The translations under genes were made by a program, and so were the position numbers. From positions 32,001-96,000 of the forward strand of contig CAVYBH010000011.1 in NCBI GenBank assembly GCA_963766715.1: a DNA stretch of 64,000 bases. The letters run 5' to 3'. Under the pieces are notes generated by a model that did not search any database, was not told where the DNA came from, and was given only the letters and a program-made list of their open reading frames with translations. The stretch's first letter is position 1, and the number at the start of each line of letters is the position of its first letter. This document shows positions 51,949-62,498 of the stretch, in pieces. The stretch is from an uncultured delta proteobacterium (GTDB taxonomy: Bacteria > Myxococcota > Myxococcia > Myxococcales > Anaeromyxobacteraceae).

Positions 51949-53465
51949 CTAGTCGGGCCGCCGCTCCATCACCGCGATGAGCGAGAGGGGAGGGAAGGGG
52001 AGGAAGCGGTCGACGACCCGGGAGATGGGGGTGATCCAGTCGACGATGCGGATCTGGAGGAGCCCGAAGCTCTTCTTGCGGAGCACCCGGCCGTTCAGGA
52101 ACCAGGGCAGCGAGGAGACCCGGTTGAAGCGGACGATCTGCGTCACCGTCGAGCCCGGCCTCGGCGGCGACCCGGCGCAGGCGTGGCCTCGGTGTAGCGC
52201 CGCTTGTGGCCGAGCACCTCGTCGAGCGTGCCGAAGTTCCACGGGCCGCTGGGGACGAGCACGATGGCCCGCCCGCCCGCGGCCAGCACGGAGCGGATGT
52301 TGCGCAGCGCCCCCACGTCGTCGTCGACGTGCTCGATGACGTTCAGGCAGACCACCGAGTCGAAGCCGCCCGCCAGCTGCGGGATAGGAGGCGAGGTCGG
52401 TGACGTCGGTGTAGCGCGCCGCCAGGTAGGGCCGGTCGGTGGTGAGGTTCTCGAGCGTCTTCACGTAGAGCGGGTTCACGTCGCTCGCCACGTAGACGTC
52501 GCGGGGGACGAGCCGCCGGGTCAGGTTCCCGGTTCCCGAGCCGATCTCCAGCAGCCGGGACCCCAGGAACGGGCGGATCACGTCGGCCATCCAGCCGTTG
52601 AACCGCTCGGCCCGGGCCAGCCGCCCGAGCATCTGCGAGCCGTGCTCGTCGCGGACGTAGACGTCGTCGCCGAGCGAGAAGCGGAGGATGGCGAGCGAGC
52701 GCCTGGAACCCGTCCCGCCAGCCGATCTTCTTGCCCTCCTGGTAGGTGCGCCCCGAGTAGCTGATGGGCACCTCGAAGATCCGGGCCTCCCGCTTGGCGA
52801 GCTTGATGGTGAGCTCCGGCTCCAGCCGGAAGTCGTTGGAGACGATGGGGATCGAGCGCAGGAGGTCGGTGCGGACCGCCTTGTAGCAGGTCTCCATGTC
52901 GGTGAGGTTCAGGTTGGTGGCCAGGTTGGTGAGGAAGGTGAGGAGCTTGTTGCCGATCTGGTGGCGGAAGAGCAGCACCCGCCGGGCCTCGCCGCCGGCG
53001 AAGCGGCTGCCGAAGACCGCGTCGGCCTTCTCGCGCACGAAGACCTCGACGATGCGCAGGATGTCCTTGGGGTGGTACTCGAGGTCGGCGTCGTGGATCA
53101 CCGAGTACTCGCCGTCGGCGAGCGCGAGCGCGGTCCGGACGGCGGTGCCCTTGCCGCCGTTCCGCTCGTGGCGGAGGAAGATCCAGTCGGTCTTGCCGTG
53201 GCGCCCGCGGCCCAGCTCGACGGCGGGGACCGGCGCCGGTCCCGTCCCGCGGCGCGGCGGGCGGAGGCGGGGCGAGCGCGATCCCGCGCTCGGCCGCGAA
53301 GGCGGCGAGCGCGCCGGGCGTCCCGTCCCGGGACGAGTCGTCCACGACGACCACCTGGACGCGCTCGAGGTGCGGGCTCGACTCCAGGACCGCGAGCCGC
53401 GCCAGCGACGCCGCCACCAGGTGCTGCTCGTTGTAGACCGGGACGAGGACGGAGAGGGAGGACAT
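51949..53465 (-). CDS. Bifunctional GT2 glycosyltransferase / class I SAM-dependent methyltransferase (frameshifted)
   Basis: N-terminal VLVPVYNE, GGKGTA, IHDADLEYHP, TDMETCYK, EGKKIGW; C-terminal LEIGSGTG, CLNVIEHV..D, GHKRRY. Confidence 0.85.
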
Positions 53466-53552
53466 GGAGCCCCCTTTCTAGCGCAGGTCGGCGGGCCGGA
53501 GCGAGAATGGTCACCTCGCCGCACGCGGTCCGCGCCGCGTAGAATGCGCGCC

Positions 53553-54658
53553 GTGCGCATCGCGCTCTCCCTCCTCTCGCTCCGCCCCGGCCAGGTCGGG
53601 GGCGCCGAGACCTACGTGCGGGCCCTGGTGCGCCACCTGCCGGAGGTGGCCGGGGGGGACGAGCTGCTCCTCGTCCTCGACCGGGACCTCGACCGGGAGA
53701 TCGAGGGGCGCGGGTGGACCAAGGTGGTGATGCCCTACGGCGCCCGCGAGCTGGTGGCGCGGCGCATCGCCGAGGCCTACACGCCGTGGCGGGACCGGGC
53801 GGCGCGAGCGGATCCTCGCGGCGGCCCGCCCCGACGTCACCCTCTTCCCGCAGCAGTCGATCTTCCCGCACCGGGCGCCCGGGCGCGGCGGTGCTCACGG
53901 CCGTGGACGTGCAGCACCTCGTCCTGCCCGGGCACTTCGGCCTCTTCGACCGGACCTTTCGACCGAGGGTCTATCCGCGCAGCATGGAGCGGGCCGACCG
54001 GGTCATCGCCATCAGCGAGTTCACGCTGCGGACGCTCGAGGAGCGCTGCGCGCTCCCGGCCGGGAAGGGCGTCGTCATCCCGCTCGGCGTGGAGCCGGGC
54101 GCGGCGGCGCGAGCCGGGCCGCTGCCCGCCGGGCTCGAGCCGGGCGCGTTCCTCTACTGCCCGGCGGCGACCTGGCCGCACAAGGGGCACGACCGGCTGC
54201 TTCGCGACCTTCGCGGCGCTCCGGCGGGCGGGGCGGCTCAGCGAGCGGCTCGTCCTCACCGGGCAGCGGACGCCGCTCTGGGAGCGGGAGCTCCTGCCGC
54301 TGGCCCGGGACCTGGGGATCGAGCGGCGACGTCGTCCACCTGGGGTTCGTCCCGCGCGACGAGGTCGATGCCCTCCTCGCCGGCGCCCGGGCGGTCGTCT
54401 TCCCGACCCGCTTCGAGGGCTTCGGGCTCCCCGTGGTCGAGGCCGCCGCGGCCGGGGCCCGCATCGTCGCCTCCCGGCTCGACGTCTTCGACGAGATCGG
54501 CCTGCCCCGCGCGAACCAGGTGGACTTCGAGGATCCCGAGGAGGTGCTGGCGGCGCTCGAGCCCCGGCGCCGACGCGGCTTCTGCGCGAGCCGTCCCTGG
54601 CCGGAGGTGGCGCGGCGGACCATGGAGGTGCTGCGCGGCGCGCCGCCGGAGCCCGTGA
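53553..54658 (+). CDS. GT4 glycosyltransferase (several frameshifts)
   Basis: GGAETYVRAL, DRVIAISEFT, PAATWPHKGH, FPTRFEGFGLPVVEA. Confidence 0.82.
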
Positions 54659-55797
54659 GGCGGAACCTCCCGCGGCGCGGGGGCGGTCGCCGCGGCTCGC
54701 CGCGCTCGCCGGGGCCTGCTGCTCGGCGGGCTGACGGCGGTTGCCTACCGCGGGGATCCGCGTGGAGCTCTTCGTGCCGGGGTCGCTCCACCCGCACCCG
54801 CCGGAGCTGGCCGGGGCTCCGACGCGGCAGGGCCCGGGCTACGACGGGCAGTTCTTCGCCGCGCTGGCGGTCGACCCGCTGCTCCTCCGGCCGGAGACGG
54901 TCGGCTTCCTCGACCTGCCGCCCTACCGGGCCGGGCGGGTCGGGCTTGCCGCTGGCGGCGTGGGTCCTGGCCCGGGACGGCGCCCGGCGGCGCTCCTCGT
55001 CTACCTGGCCCTCAGCGCGCATCCTCGGGCTCCTCGGGGTCTGGGTCGCGGCTCGCTGAGCTAGAAGATGGGCGCTCCCCTGGGGCGCGCTCCCTCGCGC
55101 TCTCCGCCGGCCTGGTGGCGTCCTGATGCGGGCGCTGCCGGACGCCGCGGCAGCCTCCCTGCTCCTCCTCGCCTCTGGTGGGAATCCCGGGGTCGACGGG
55201 CGCCACCGGCCTCCTGGCCGCCGCATCGCTTGTCCGGGAGACGAGCCCCTCATCGCGGCGGTCGCGCTGGGGCTGGTCAGGTGGCGGCGAAGACGACGAC
55301 GAGGATGCCTTCCGAGCGGCCGCGATCCCGGCGGCGCTCGCGACGGGGTGGCGGGCCTGGGTGCTCACCCGGCCTGGCTTCCAGGGCATCGGGGTACCCG
55401 AGGTCGGGCGCGCCTCGCCTGGGCTCCCGCGAAGGCCGCGCCGCCTGGACGCTCGACTCAATCGCCGAGGCGCTGGCGCTCGCCGCCTGGTGCTGGCCGC
55501 GGCTACCTGCTCCTGCTGCTCCCGCGCTGGCGCTCCTGGAGCCCGGCGGCCTGGAGCTACGCCGGATTCGTCCTCCTCCTGATCGTGGCGGGCGAGCGGG
55601 TCTACGCCGACCGGTGGGCCTACGCGCGGGTCAGCTGCGCCCTCCCCATGCTCGCCGTGCCGCTCGCCGGGGAAGGGGGCCGGCCAATCGTCGCGCGCCT
55701 GCTCCGCGCGGTGCCGTTGGCCTACGCGGCCGCGGGCGCGGTCACCATCCTCTTCGCGACGCGCGTCCCGGCGCTGGCCCGGCTCATCGCCCCGTGA
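54655..55797 (+). CDS. Polytopic membrane protein of a cell-surface glycopolymer (GT-C-like) family; heavily frameshifted
   Basis: GPGYDGQFFAALAVDPLL...PPYRAGRVGLP and multiple hydrophobic segments spread over several frames. Confidence 0.5.
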
Positions 55798-57121
55798 TCG
55801 CCGTGGCCCGGCCGGGCGAGGACCTCCTCGACGGCCGCCAGGTAGGCGCGCGCCGTGCTCGCCAGTCATACCGCTCGACGACGCGCTCTGCGGCGGCGCG
55901 GGCGGCGGCCCTCGCCTCCGCCTCGTGCTCGAGCACCCAGGCCAGGTGATCGGCCAGCACCCGCGCGTCGTCGGGATCGAAGACCCGGTAGGCGCCGCCC
56001 AGCGCGCGATCCTGCTCGAGGAGCGGCGGGATCGACGAGACGATCGGCCGGGCACCCGGCCAGGGTCGCCTCCAGGCTGGGCAGGCCGAATCCCTCGTAC
56101 CGGGTGGGGAACAGGTAGGCCGTGGCGAGGTGGAAGAGCCCCTCCAGCTCGTCGTTCCGGACGTACCCGAGCGGAAGGACGTCGCGGCCGACGACCAGGC
56201 CGCCATCGTGCATCGCGGATCGCAGGGTCTCGACGTAGGACCTGTTGAACCCGGGGGGCGCGCCGTCGGCCAGCTCGGTCGCGTTCGGTCCGACGAACAC
56301 CACGGGGAGGTCGACCCCGCGCCGGCGCAGCTCGGCCAGCGCCTGCACCACCACCAGGGGGTTCTTGTGCGGGGTGACCATCCTGTCACCAGCGCGAAAC
56401 GCTCCGGCAGCCCGCGTTCCCGGCGAAGGGCGGCGAGCGCATCCGGCGCCGGCGCCGGGCGCCCGGTGGTGACGCCCAGCTGGACCGGGAAGGTCTTGCC
56501 GGCGTGCTCGGGGTAGAAGCGGCGCAGCTCGTCGGCCATGGCCTCGCCGTACACGAGGAGCCGGTCGGAGCGCTCGAGCCAGCTCCGCAACGCCTTCTCG
56601 TGGATCCGGCGACGGAGGCTTCCCTCGGGGAGGAAGTACTTGAAGTTGAAGTCGGACGGGGAGGAGAGCACCGCGCAGTGGAGCGGCGGGGCCTGGAGCC
56701 AGAACGGATAGGTGAAGAGCATGGCGTCGAAGCGCCGGCTGGCGAGGGAGATGAGGGCCCGCCGGTCCCCCAGGGCGGCCCGCATCGAGGTCGGCCCGAA
56801 CTTCCAGAGGGTCCGGGCGGCGACGTAGCCGGGGATGCGGGTGAAGGACAGGCCGGGCAAGCCCTGGGCGTGCGCGAGCGGGTCGACGGCCCGGCTGATC
56901 GCATTCCCCTCGCCCATCCACTCCACGTGAAGCCGGGGGCCGGTGAGCGCGGCGGGCCACTCGACCCGCTGGTGTGCCGAGTTGTAGCGGGACAGGAGCA
57001 GGGTCACGTCCCAGTCCTGGGCCTCGGGGATCTCGAGCAGCGCGGTGGCGAGCCCCTGGAGCACGCGCTCGACGCCGCCGGCGCTCATGGTGAACTCGAC
57101 GATGGCGAGGCGCTTCCGCAT
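55784..57121 (-). CDS. GT4 glycosyltransferase (frameshifted)
   Basis: AGGVERV, PHKNPL, FPTRYEGFGLPSLEA, RYDW. Confidence 0.82.
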   Translation of the reverse strand: MRKRLAIVEFTMSAGGVERVLQGLATALLEIPEAQDWDVTLLLSRYNSAHQRVEWPAALTGPRLHVEWMGEGNAISRAVDPLAHAQGLPGLSFTRIPGYVAARTLWKFGPTSMRAALGDRRALISLASRRFDAMLFTYPFWLQAPPLHCAVLSSPSDFNFKYFLPEGSLRRRIHEKALRSWLERSDRLLVYGEAMADELRRFYPEHAGKTFPVQLGVTTGRPAPAPDALAALRRERGLPERFALVTGWSPRTRTPWWWCRRWPSCAGAGSTSPWCSSDRTRPSWPTARPPGSTGPTSRPCDPRCTMAAWSSAATSFRSGTSGTTSWRGSSTSPRPTCSPPGTRDSACPAWRRPWPGARPIVSSIPPLLEQDRALGGAYRVFDPDDARVLADHLAWVLEHEAEARAAARAAAERVVERYDWRARRAPTWRPSRRSSPGRATAITGR

Positions 57122-57150
57122 CCGGACCTTCCGTATACTATGACGACTTC

Positions 57151-58392
57151 ATGGATGGGGACGTCGCCTCGAGGCCGGCCTGGACCTACGACGTGGTCGG
57201 CTATCACGGCGGCGACTTCGGTCTCGCAGTCGCGGCGGCGCAGACCCTGACGGCGCTCCGCGGCAGCGGTCGCCCGGTCCGCCCCGTCGCGCTCGAGTCC
57301 CGGCCCCCGCCGCGACTGCGGGACCGGCTCTCCCTCGCCCTGCGCCCGCGGCCAGCCGGCTCCGACCGGACCGTCGCGCTCTTCCAGGTGAATCCCCTCG
57401 AGATCGCGCAGCACGCATTCCAGTGGCAGGCGGACGTCGGGCCCGGCGCCCGGAACGTCTGCGTCCCGTTCTGGGAGCTGCCGGTGGTCCCGAGGAGCTG
57501 GGAGGCCATCCTGTCCGGAATGGACGCCATCCTCGCGCCGACCCGCTTCATCCAGGAGGCGTGCGCGCGGGTCGTCGGGGCCGACCGCGTCCTCCACTAC
57601 CCGCAGTCCGTCACGCTCCCGCCCGGGATCGGGCCGGACCGGTCGGCCTGTGGCCTGTCTCCCACGGCCACCGTCTTCCTGGTGTCCTTCGACGTGGGGA
57701 GCGGCATCGACCGCAAGAACCCGTGGGCGGTGCTCGCGGCCTTCCGCCGCGCCTTCCCGGGCGCGGAGGACGTCCAGCTCGTCATCAAGACCCGGCCCTG
57801 GGACCAGGTGCGGGAGTTCGCCGACCAGCTCGAGCGGCTCCGGGACGAGACCGCCGGCGACCCCCGCGTCCGCATCGTGGAGCGGAGCCTCCCCTATGGC
57901 GACGTCATGCGGCTCTACGCGAGCTGCGACGTACTGGTCGCCCTGCACCGCTCGGAGGGGCTTGGCCTCCACCTCATGGAAGCGATGAGCCTGGGGAGGG
58001 CGGTTGTGGCGACCGACTGGTCGGGGAACGTCGACTTCATGACCGGGGCGAACTCCGTGCCGGTGCCCTTCGCGCTCGTCCCGGTCAATCCGCTGCATCC
58101 CCATTACCGGCTGGAGCGGTCGCGCCCCGGGCAGGTCTGGGCCGAGCCGGACGTGGACGCGGCGGCGCGTTCCTTGCGGCGCCTCTTCGACGAGCCCTCG
58201 CTGCGGGCGGAACTCGGCCGGCAGGCCGCGCGGGACATGGAGGCCCGGCGCGTCGACGGCGCCAGGGCGGCGACGTTTGCGACGCTCGAGGAGCGTCTCA
58301 CCCGTTCCCGGCCGCGGTCGCTCGGTCCCGCCGTCTGGCGAACCCGCTGGCGTCTCACCTTCCGGGGCTGGCGTGCGCTGGCCGGCCTGTAG
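57151..58392 (+). CDS. GT4-family glycosyltransferase
   Basis: PFWELP, RKNPWAVLAAF, LVIKT, LHRSEGLGLHLMEAM, ATDWSGN.DF, WAEPD. Confidence 0.88.
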   Translation: MDGDVASRPAWTYDVVGYHGGDFGLAVAAAQTLTALRGSGRPVRPVALESRPPPRLRDRLSLALRPRPAGSDRTVALFQVNPLEIAQHAFQWQADVGPGARNVCVPFWELPVVPRSWEAILSGMDAILAPTRFIQEACARVVGADRVLHYPQSVTLPPGIGPDRSACGLSPTATVFLVSFDVGSGIDRKNPWAVLAAFRRAFPGAEDVQLVIKTRPWDQVREFADQLERLRDETAGDPRVRIVERSLPYGDVMRLYASCDVLVALHRSEGLGLHLMEAMSLGRAVVATDWSGNVDFMTGANSVPVPFALVPVNPLHPHYRLERSRPGQVWAEPDVDAAARSLRRLFDEPSLRAELGRQAARDMEARRVDGARAATFATLEERLTRSRPRSLGPAVWRTRWRLTFRGWRALAGL

Positions 58393-58404
58393 TGCCGGCT
58401 CGCC

Positions 58405-59763
58405 TCACGCCGGAGCGGCCCGGTTCCGCACCAGCCGCCAGGCCAGCAGTGGCACGATCCACCCGGCCAGGGCGAACGATGGGACCGTGAGCGCGAGGAG
58501 CGCGCCCTGGATGCCGTACCGGCTCCCCAGGTACCAGGTGAGCGCCACGGTGACGGGCCCCTGGACCAGGACCACGGCCACCTGCGGCCAGATACAATCC
58601 ATGATGGTGAGCAGCTCGAAGAAGCTGCTGCCCACACGGCGATGAGGATCAGCGCCGACAGCGTGAGCCAGGTCCAGGTGTCGTACTGGAAGTCGGTCCG
58701 GCGCAGCCAGACCCGGACGAGCCAGTTCCCGGCGGCCAGCAGGACGAGGCCCCGCCGCCGCGGCCAGCCCATCCGCAGGCGGACCAGGTGCCGGAACGAC
58801 CGCCGGAGCCACTCCGGCTCGCCGCGCTCGAAGGACTCGCGGAAGGTCGGCGCGACCGACGCCGTGCTGGCCGTGATGAGGACGACGCGAGAAGGTGTAG
58901 AGCCGGATCAGGAGGTCGTAGTCGGCGACCGTGTCCAGGCCGGCCCGGTGCGCCAGGATCGGGCGCTGCGTCTGGTTCACGAGAAGTGCGCCAAGCTGGA
59001 AGAGGTAGAGGGGGGCCGCGCTCGCCAGGAGCCTGCGCAGCGCGCCCCGGGACACGGCGCCCCAGCTCGGCCGCATCCAGGGGAAGACCCGCCAGGCGAG
59101 CCATGCCAGGGCGGCCAGCCCGGCGACGACGGTGGCCGTGCCCGTGGCTGCCCACCACCGCGGCGAAGGGCGCCCGGTGCGGGTCGCGACGAGGAGGAGG
59201 GCGAGCGACAGGAGCGCGCCCCCCATGCGTGAAGGCGGAACCGACGTAGGCGCGCTGGTAGCCGGCGTAGGCCTGGCTCACGAGGGCCAACGGCAGGGCG
59301 AGCGCGGCGAGCGCGAGCGCCACGCCGAACCCGGCCGACGCGCCGATCGAGGTCATCGAGGCCGGGACGTCGAAGAAGCGTCCCCAGGGAACGACGGGCG
59401 CGAGCAGGCCCACGACCGCGACGCGCGAGCACGGCCACGGCAGAGGAGCGCGAAGAAGGCGGTCGAGAAGTAGGCCCGGGCCGCCTCGTGGTCGTCGCGC
59501 CCGTGCGCCTCGGAGACGGCGATGACGAGCCCCTGGACCAGGCCGGGATCGAGCAGCGCGACCCAGGCGGCCACCGACCCCGCCACGGCCCACAGGCCGT
59601 AGGCTTCCTTGCCCAGGTAGGCGAGGGAGATGGGGACGGACGCCAGCCCCACCAGCGCGGAGACCCCCATGGCGGCCACGCCGGCCGCCGAGCTGAGGAA
59701 GATGCGCCGGTACCGCTCGCGGGACCGCCCTTCGGGCGTGGCGGTGTCGACGGGCGGAGCCAT
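58405..59763 (-). CDS. wzx: Wzx-type oligosaccharide flippase (frameshifted)
   Basis: SVPISLAYLGKEAYGLW...LDPGL, many TM segments, RYGIQGALLA. Confidence 0.78.
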
Positions 59764-59850
59764 CCAGGGTCGGGCCGGAGTGTACGGTGTGGGGGAACGA
59801 GCCGCAAACGTGCAGAATCGGGCGCCTCCCTTGCTAGAGTCGCGTCGGTC

Positions 59851-60798
59851 ATGCCTCGCGCACTCGTCACCGGAATCGCCGGCCAGGACGGCTGGTACCT
59901 CGCGAAGCTCCTCCTCGGGAAGGGCTACGAGGTGGTGGGCTGCGGCCGCCCCGGCTCCCTCCTCGGCCCCCGCGGCGCGCCGCTCCGTGAACTGGGCGTG
60001 AAGCTGGTGGAGCTGGATCTCCTCGATCGCTACCAGACCCTCCGCAGCGTGGCGGAGGTGGGGCCGGACGAGATCTACAACATGGCCGGCCACTCCTTCG
60101 TGCCCCAGTCCTGGGAGGATCCGGCCACCGCCATCCGCATCACCTCCTGGCCGGTCATCCACCTCATGGACGCCGTGCGCGAGGTCTCGCCGCACAGCCG
60201 CTTCTACCAGTCGAGCACCTCCGAGATCTTCGGCCTCACCGAGACCTCGCCCCAGACCGAGGCCACCCCGGTGGCGCCCGCCAACCCGTACGCGGCCGCC
60301 AAGGTCTTCGCCCACCAGCTGGTGGCGCTCTACCGGGCCCACTACGGCCTCTTCGCGTGCTCGGGCATCCTCTACAACCACGAGTCGCCGCGCCGGCCGC
60401 CGCAGTTCGTGACCGCCAAGGTGTGCCACGCCGCCCGGGCCATCCGGGCCGGCCGCCAGCGCGAGCTGTGGCTCGGCGACCTCGACGTCACCCGCGACTG
60501 GGGCTTCGCCGGCGACTCGGTCGACGCCATGTGGCGCATGCTCCAGCAGGAGCGGCCGCAGGACTACATCATCGGCACCGGCGTCCCCCACACCGTGCGC
60601 GAGCTCTGCGAGGCGGCGTTCCGGCGCGTCGGGCTCGACTACCGCGAGCACGTCCGGCAGGACCCGGCCTTCATGCGCCCGGGCCAGCCCTCCCGGCTGC
60701 TCGCCGACCCGTCGAGGGCGCGGCGCGAGCTGGGGTGGTCGGCGACCACCCGCTTCGACGATCTCGTGGCGATGATGGTCGACGCCGCGCCGGCCTGA
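59851..60798 (+). CDS. gmd: GDP-mannose 4,6-dehydratase
   Basis: ALVTGIAGQDG.YLA, YQSSTSEIFG, PYAAAK, GILYNHESPRR..FVT.K, RDWGFAGD. Confidence 0.92.
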   Translation: MPRALVTGIAGQDGWYLAKLLLGKGYEVVGCGRPGSLLGPRGAPLRELGVKLVELDLLDRYQTLRSVAEVGPDEIYNMAGHSFVPQSWEDPATAIRITSWPVIHLMDAVREVSPHSRFYQSSTSEIFGLTETSPQTEATPVAPANPYAAAKVFAHQLVALYRAHYGLFACSGILYNHESPRRPPQFVTAKVCHAARAIRAGRQRELWLGDLDVTRDWGFAGDSVDAMWRMLQQERPQDYIIGTGVPHTVRELCEAAFRRVGLDYREHVRQDPAFMRPGQPSRLLADPSRARRELGWSATTRFDDLVAMMVDAAPA

Positions 60799-60813
60799 GC
60801 CGGCGGATCCGCG

Positions 60814-61251
60814 CTACCCGCCGGCCTTGATGGTCACGAACCAGGCGGTGCCGCCCCGCTCGGGCGTCACCTGCTGCACGATGCGCTTGCCGGACCCGAC
60901 GGTGACCCGGGACTGGGTCCGGGACGAGGGCGCGCTCACCTCGAAGGTGGACGAGCCCGCGCGCGAGTCGACGAGCGTCACCGTCACCGCGTCGCCGCCG
61001 GGAATCGACACCGACACCGGCTTGCGCGCCAGCATCGACGCCTGGATCTCGCCGGCCTGCTCCCATCGGACGTAGGCGGTGGCCGAGAGCTGGGCCTTCA
61101 AATCTTCGAGGCCGGGAGGCACGCCGGCCGGTCCCTGCCGCGATCCCTGGATCATCCGGATGCGCACCGGGACGGGCGCATCGGCCGCCCGGGCGGGCGC
61201 CGAGGCCAGGAGGATCACCGCCACCCACGCCGCCGTCCACGCGCTCCGCAT
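60814..61251 (-). CDS. Small secreted hypothetical protein
   Basis: Signal peptide ending ARA; beta-rich body; third gene of the ECF operon. Confidence 0.65.
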   Translation of the reverse strand: MRSAWTAAWVAVILLASAPARAADAPVPVRIRMIQGSRQGPAGVPPGLEDLKAQLSATAYVRWEQAGEIQASMLARKPVSVSIPGGDAVTVTLVDSRAGSSTFEVSAPSSRTQSRVTVGSGKRIVQQVTPERGGTAWFVTIKAGG

Positions 61252-61261
61252 GCACCCTCCG

Positions 61262-61747
61262 TCAAGTCCCGTCCGAGGCCTCGCCCACCAGGATGACCGG
61301 GCCGTCGCTCGTCTCGAGGACCACGGCCGCCAGGTCCTCGGAGGTCACCTCGACCGCCAGCTCCGACGGCCCCGGACCCATCGTGCGCCCAATGTACAGG
61401 TAGAGGGCGAGGGCAGCCAGCGCCGGCGCGAGGGCCGAGACCGCCGCCAGGACGCGGTGGCGCCGGAGGAAGGTCCGCAGCCGTTCGAGCCCCCCCGCGG
61501 GGGCCTCGCCGCGCCAGGCCGAGGCCGGGATGCGGGCCAGGACGCCGTCGGCGAAGTCGGTGAAGTCCCGCCGGGAGGCCTCGAGGAGCAGGCCGTCCTC
61601 GATGATGCCCGCGACGGCCGCCTGGTCGGCCTGGCGCGCCCGGCAGGTCTCGCAGGTCGAGAGGTGGGCCGTGAGGAGCGCCTCCTCGGTCGGGTCGAGC
61701 TCTCCCGGGCGGGACCCGAGGAGCGGAGCGGCGCCGGCGCACTTCAC
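61262..61747 (-). CDS. ZAS (zf-HC2) anti-sigma factor with a TM helix
   Basis: HLSTCETC matches HxxxCxxC; TM VLAAVSALAPALAALALYLYI; GTGA overlap with the sigma gene. Confidence 0.85.
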   Translation of the reverse strand: MKCAGAAPLLGSRPGELDPTEEALLTAHLSTCETCRARQADQAAVAGIIEDGLLLEASRRDFTDFADGVLARIPASAWRGEAPAGGLERLRTFLRRHRVLAAVSALAPALAALALYLYIGRTMGPGPSELAVEVTSEDLAAVVLETSDGPVILVGEASDGT

Positions 61748-62352
61748 GAGCGATCCTCCGAGCCGGGGGCGTCGATCCCGGCGTAGCCGGCCAGCAGGAC
61801 CTGCATCTTCTTGCGCGCGTGGAAGAGCCGGCTCATCACCGTGCCCCGGGGGATCCCGAGCCGCTCGGCCAGCTCCTCGTAGGAGAGGCCGTCCATCTCG
61901 CGGAGCACGAGGATGGCCCGGTGGACGTCGGGAAGCTGCTGCAGCGCGTCGGCGAGGCATCCGGAGAGCTCTCGCCGCAGCACCGTCTCCTGGGGATCGG
62001 TCCCGAGCGCGGTCGCGAGCACGCCCGGCGCCGCCTCCCGGAGCACCGCCTCCGGCACGTCGGCCACGTCGTTCCGCCTGGACGGGCGTTCCTTGCGGAG
62101 CACGTCGATGGCGACCCGGGCGGTGATGCGGTGGATCCAGGTCGAGAAGGAGGCCTCGTCCCGGAACTCCGCCAGGTGCTGGTGGACGCGCACGAAGGCC
62201 TCCTGGGAGACGTCCCAGGCCAGGTCGCGGTCCTTCACGATTCCGAGTGCCACGGCGTAGACCCTTCGCTGGTGACGGACGACGAGCTCCCGGAACGCCT
62301 CCGGGTCGCCGCCCCTGGCTCTGTCCACCAGTTCGAGATCGGAGAGAGCCAT
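61744..62352 (-). CDS. ECF RNA polymerase sigma factor
   Basis: DLELV.RA..GD.EAF.ELV, DVSQEAF, FSTWIHRI, LREMDGLSYEELA..LGIPRGTVMSRLFHARKK. Confidence 0.93.
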   Translation of the reverse strand: MALSDLELVDRARGGDPEAFRELVVRHQRRVYAVALGIVKDRDLAWDVSQEAFVRVHQHLAEFRDEASFSTWIHRITARVAIDVLRKERPSRRNDVADVPEAVLREAAPGVLATALGTDPQETVLRRELSGCLADALQQLPDVHRAILVLREMDGLSYEELAERLGIPRGTVMSRLFHARKKMQVLLAGYAGIDAPGSEDRS

Positions 62353-62498
62353 GGGAAGGGACGGGGCCGCGGCGGGGAAATTCACCGCAGTCCGGGAAAC
62401 CTACCACACCCACCTGGGTATCCTCGCCGCTTGTGCCTCGGACGGGGTACGCGTAATTTCGCGGATTTCGCGCCCCCTCTTCTCTGTTCCCGAGACAC

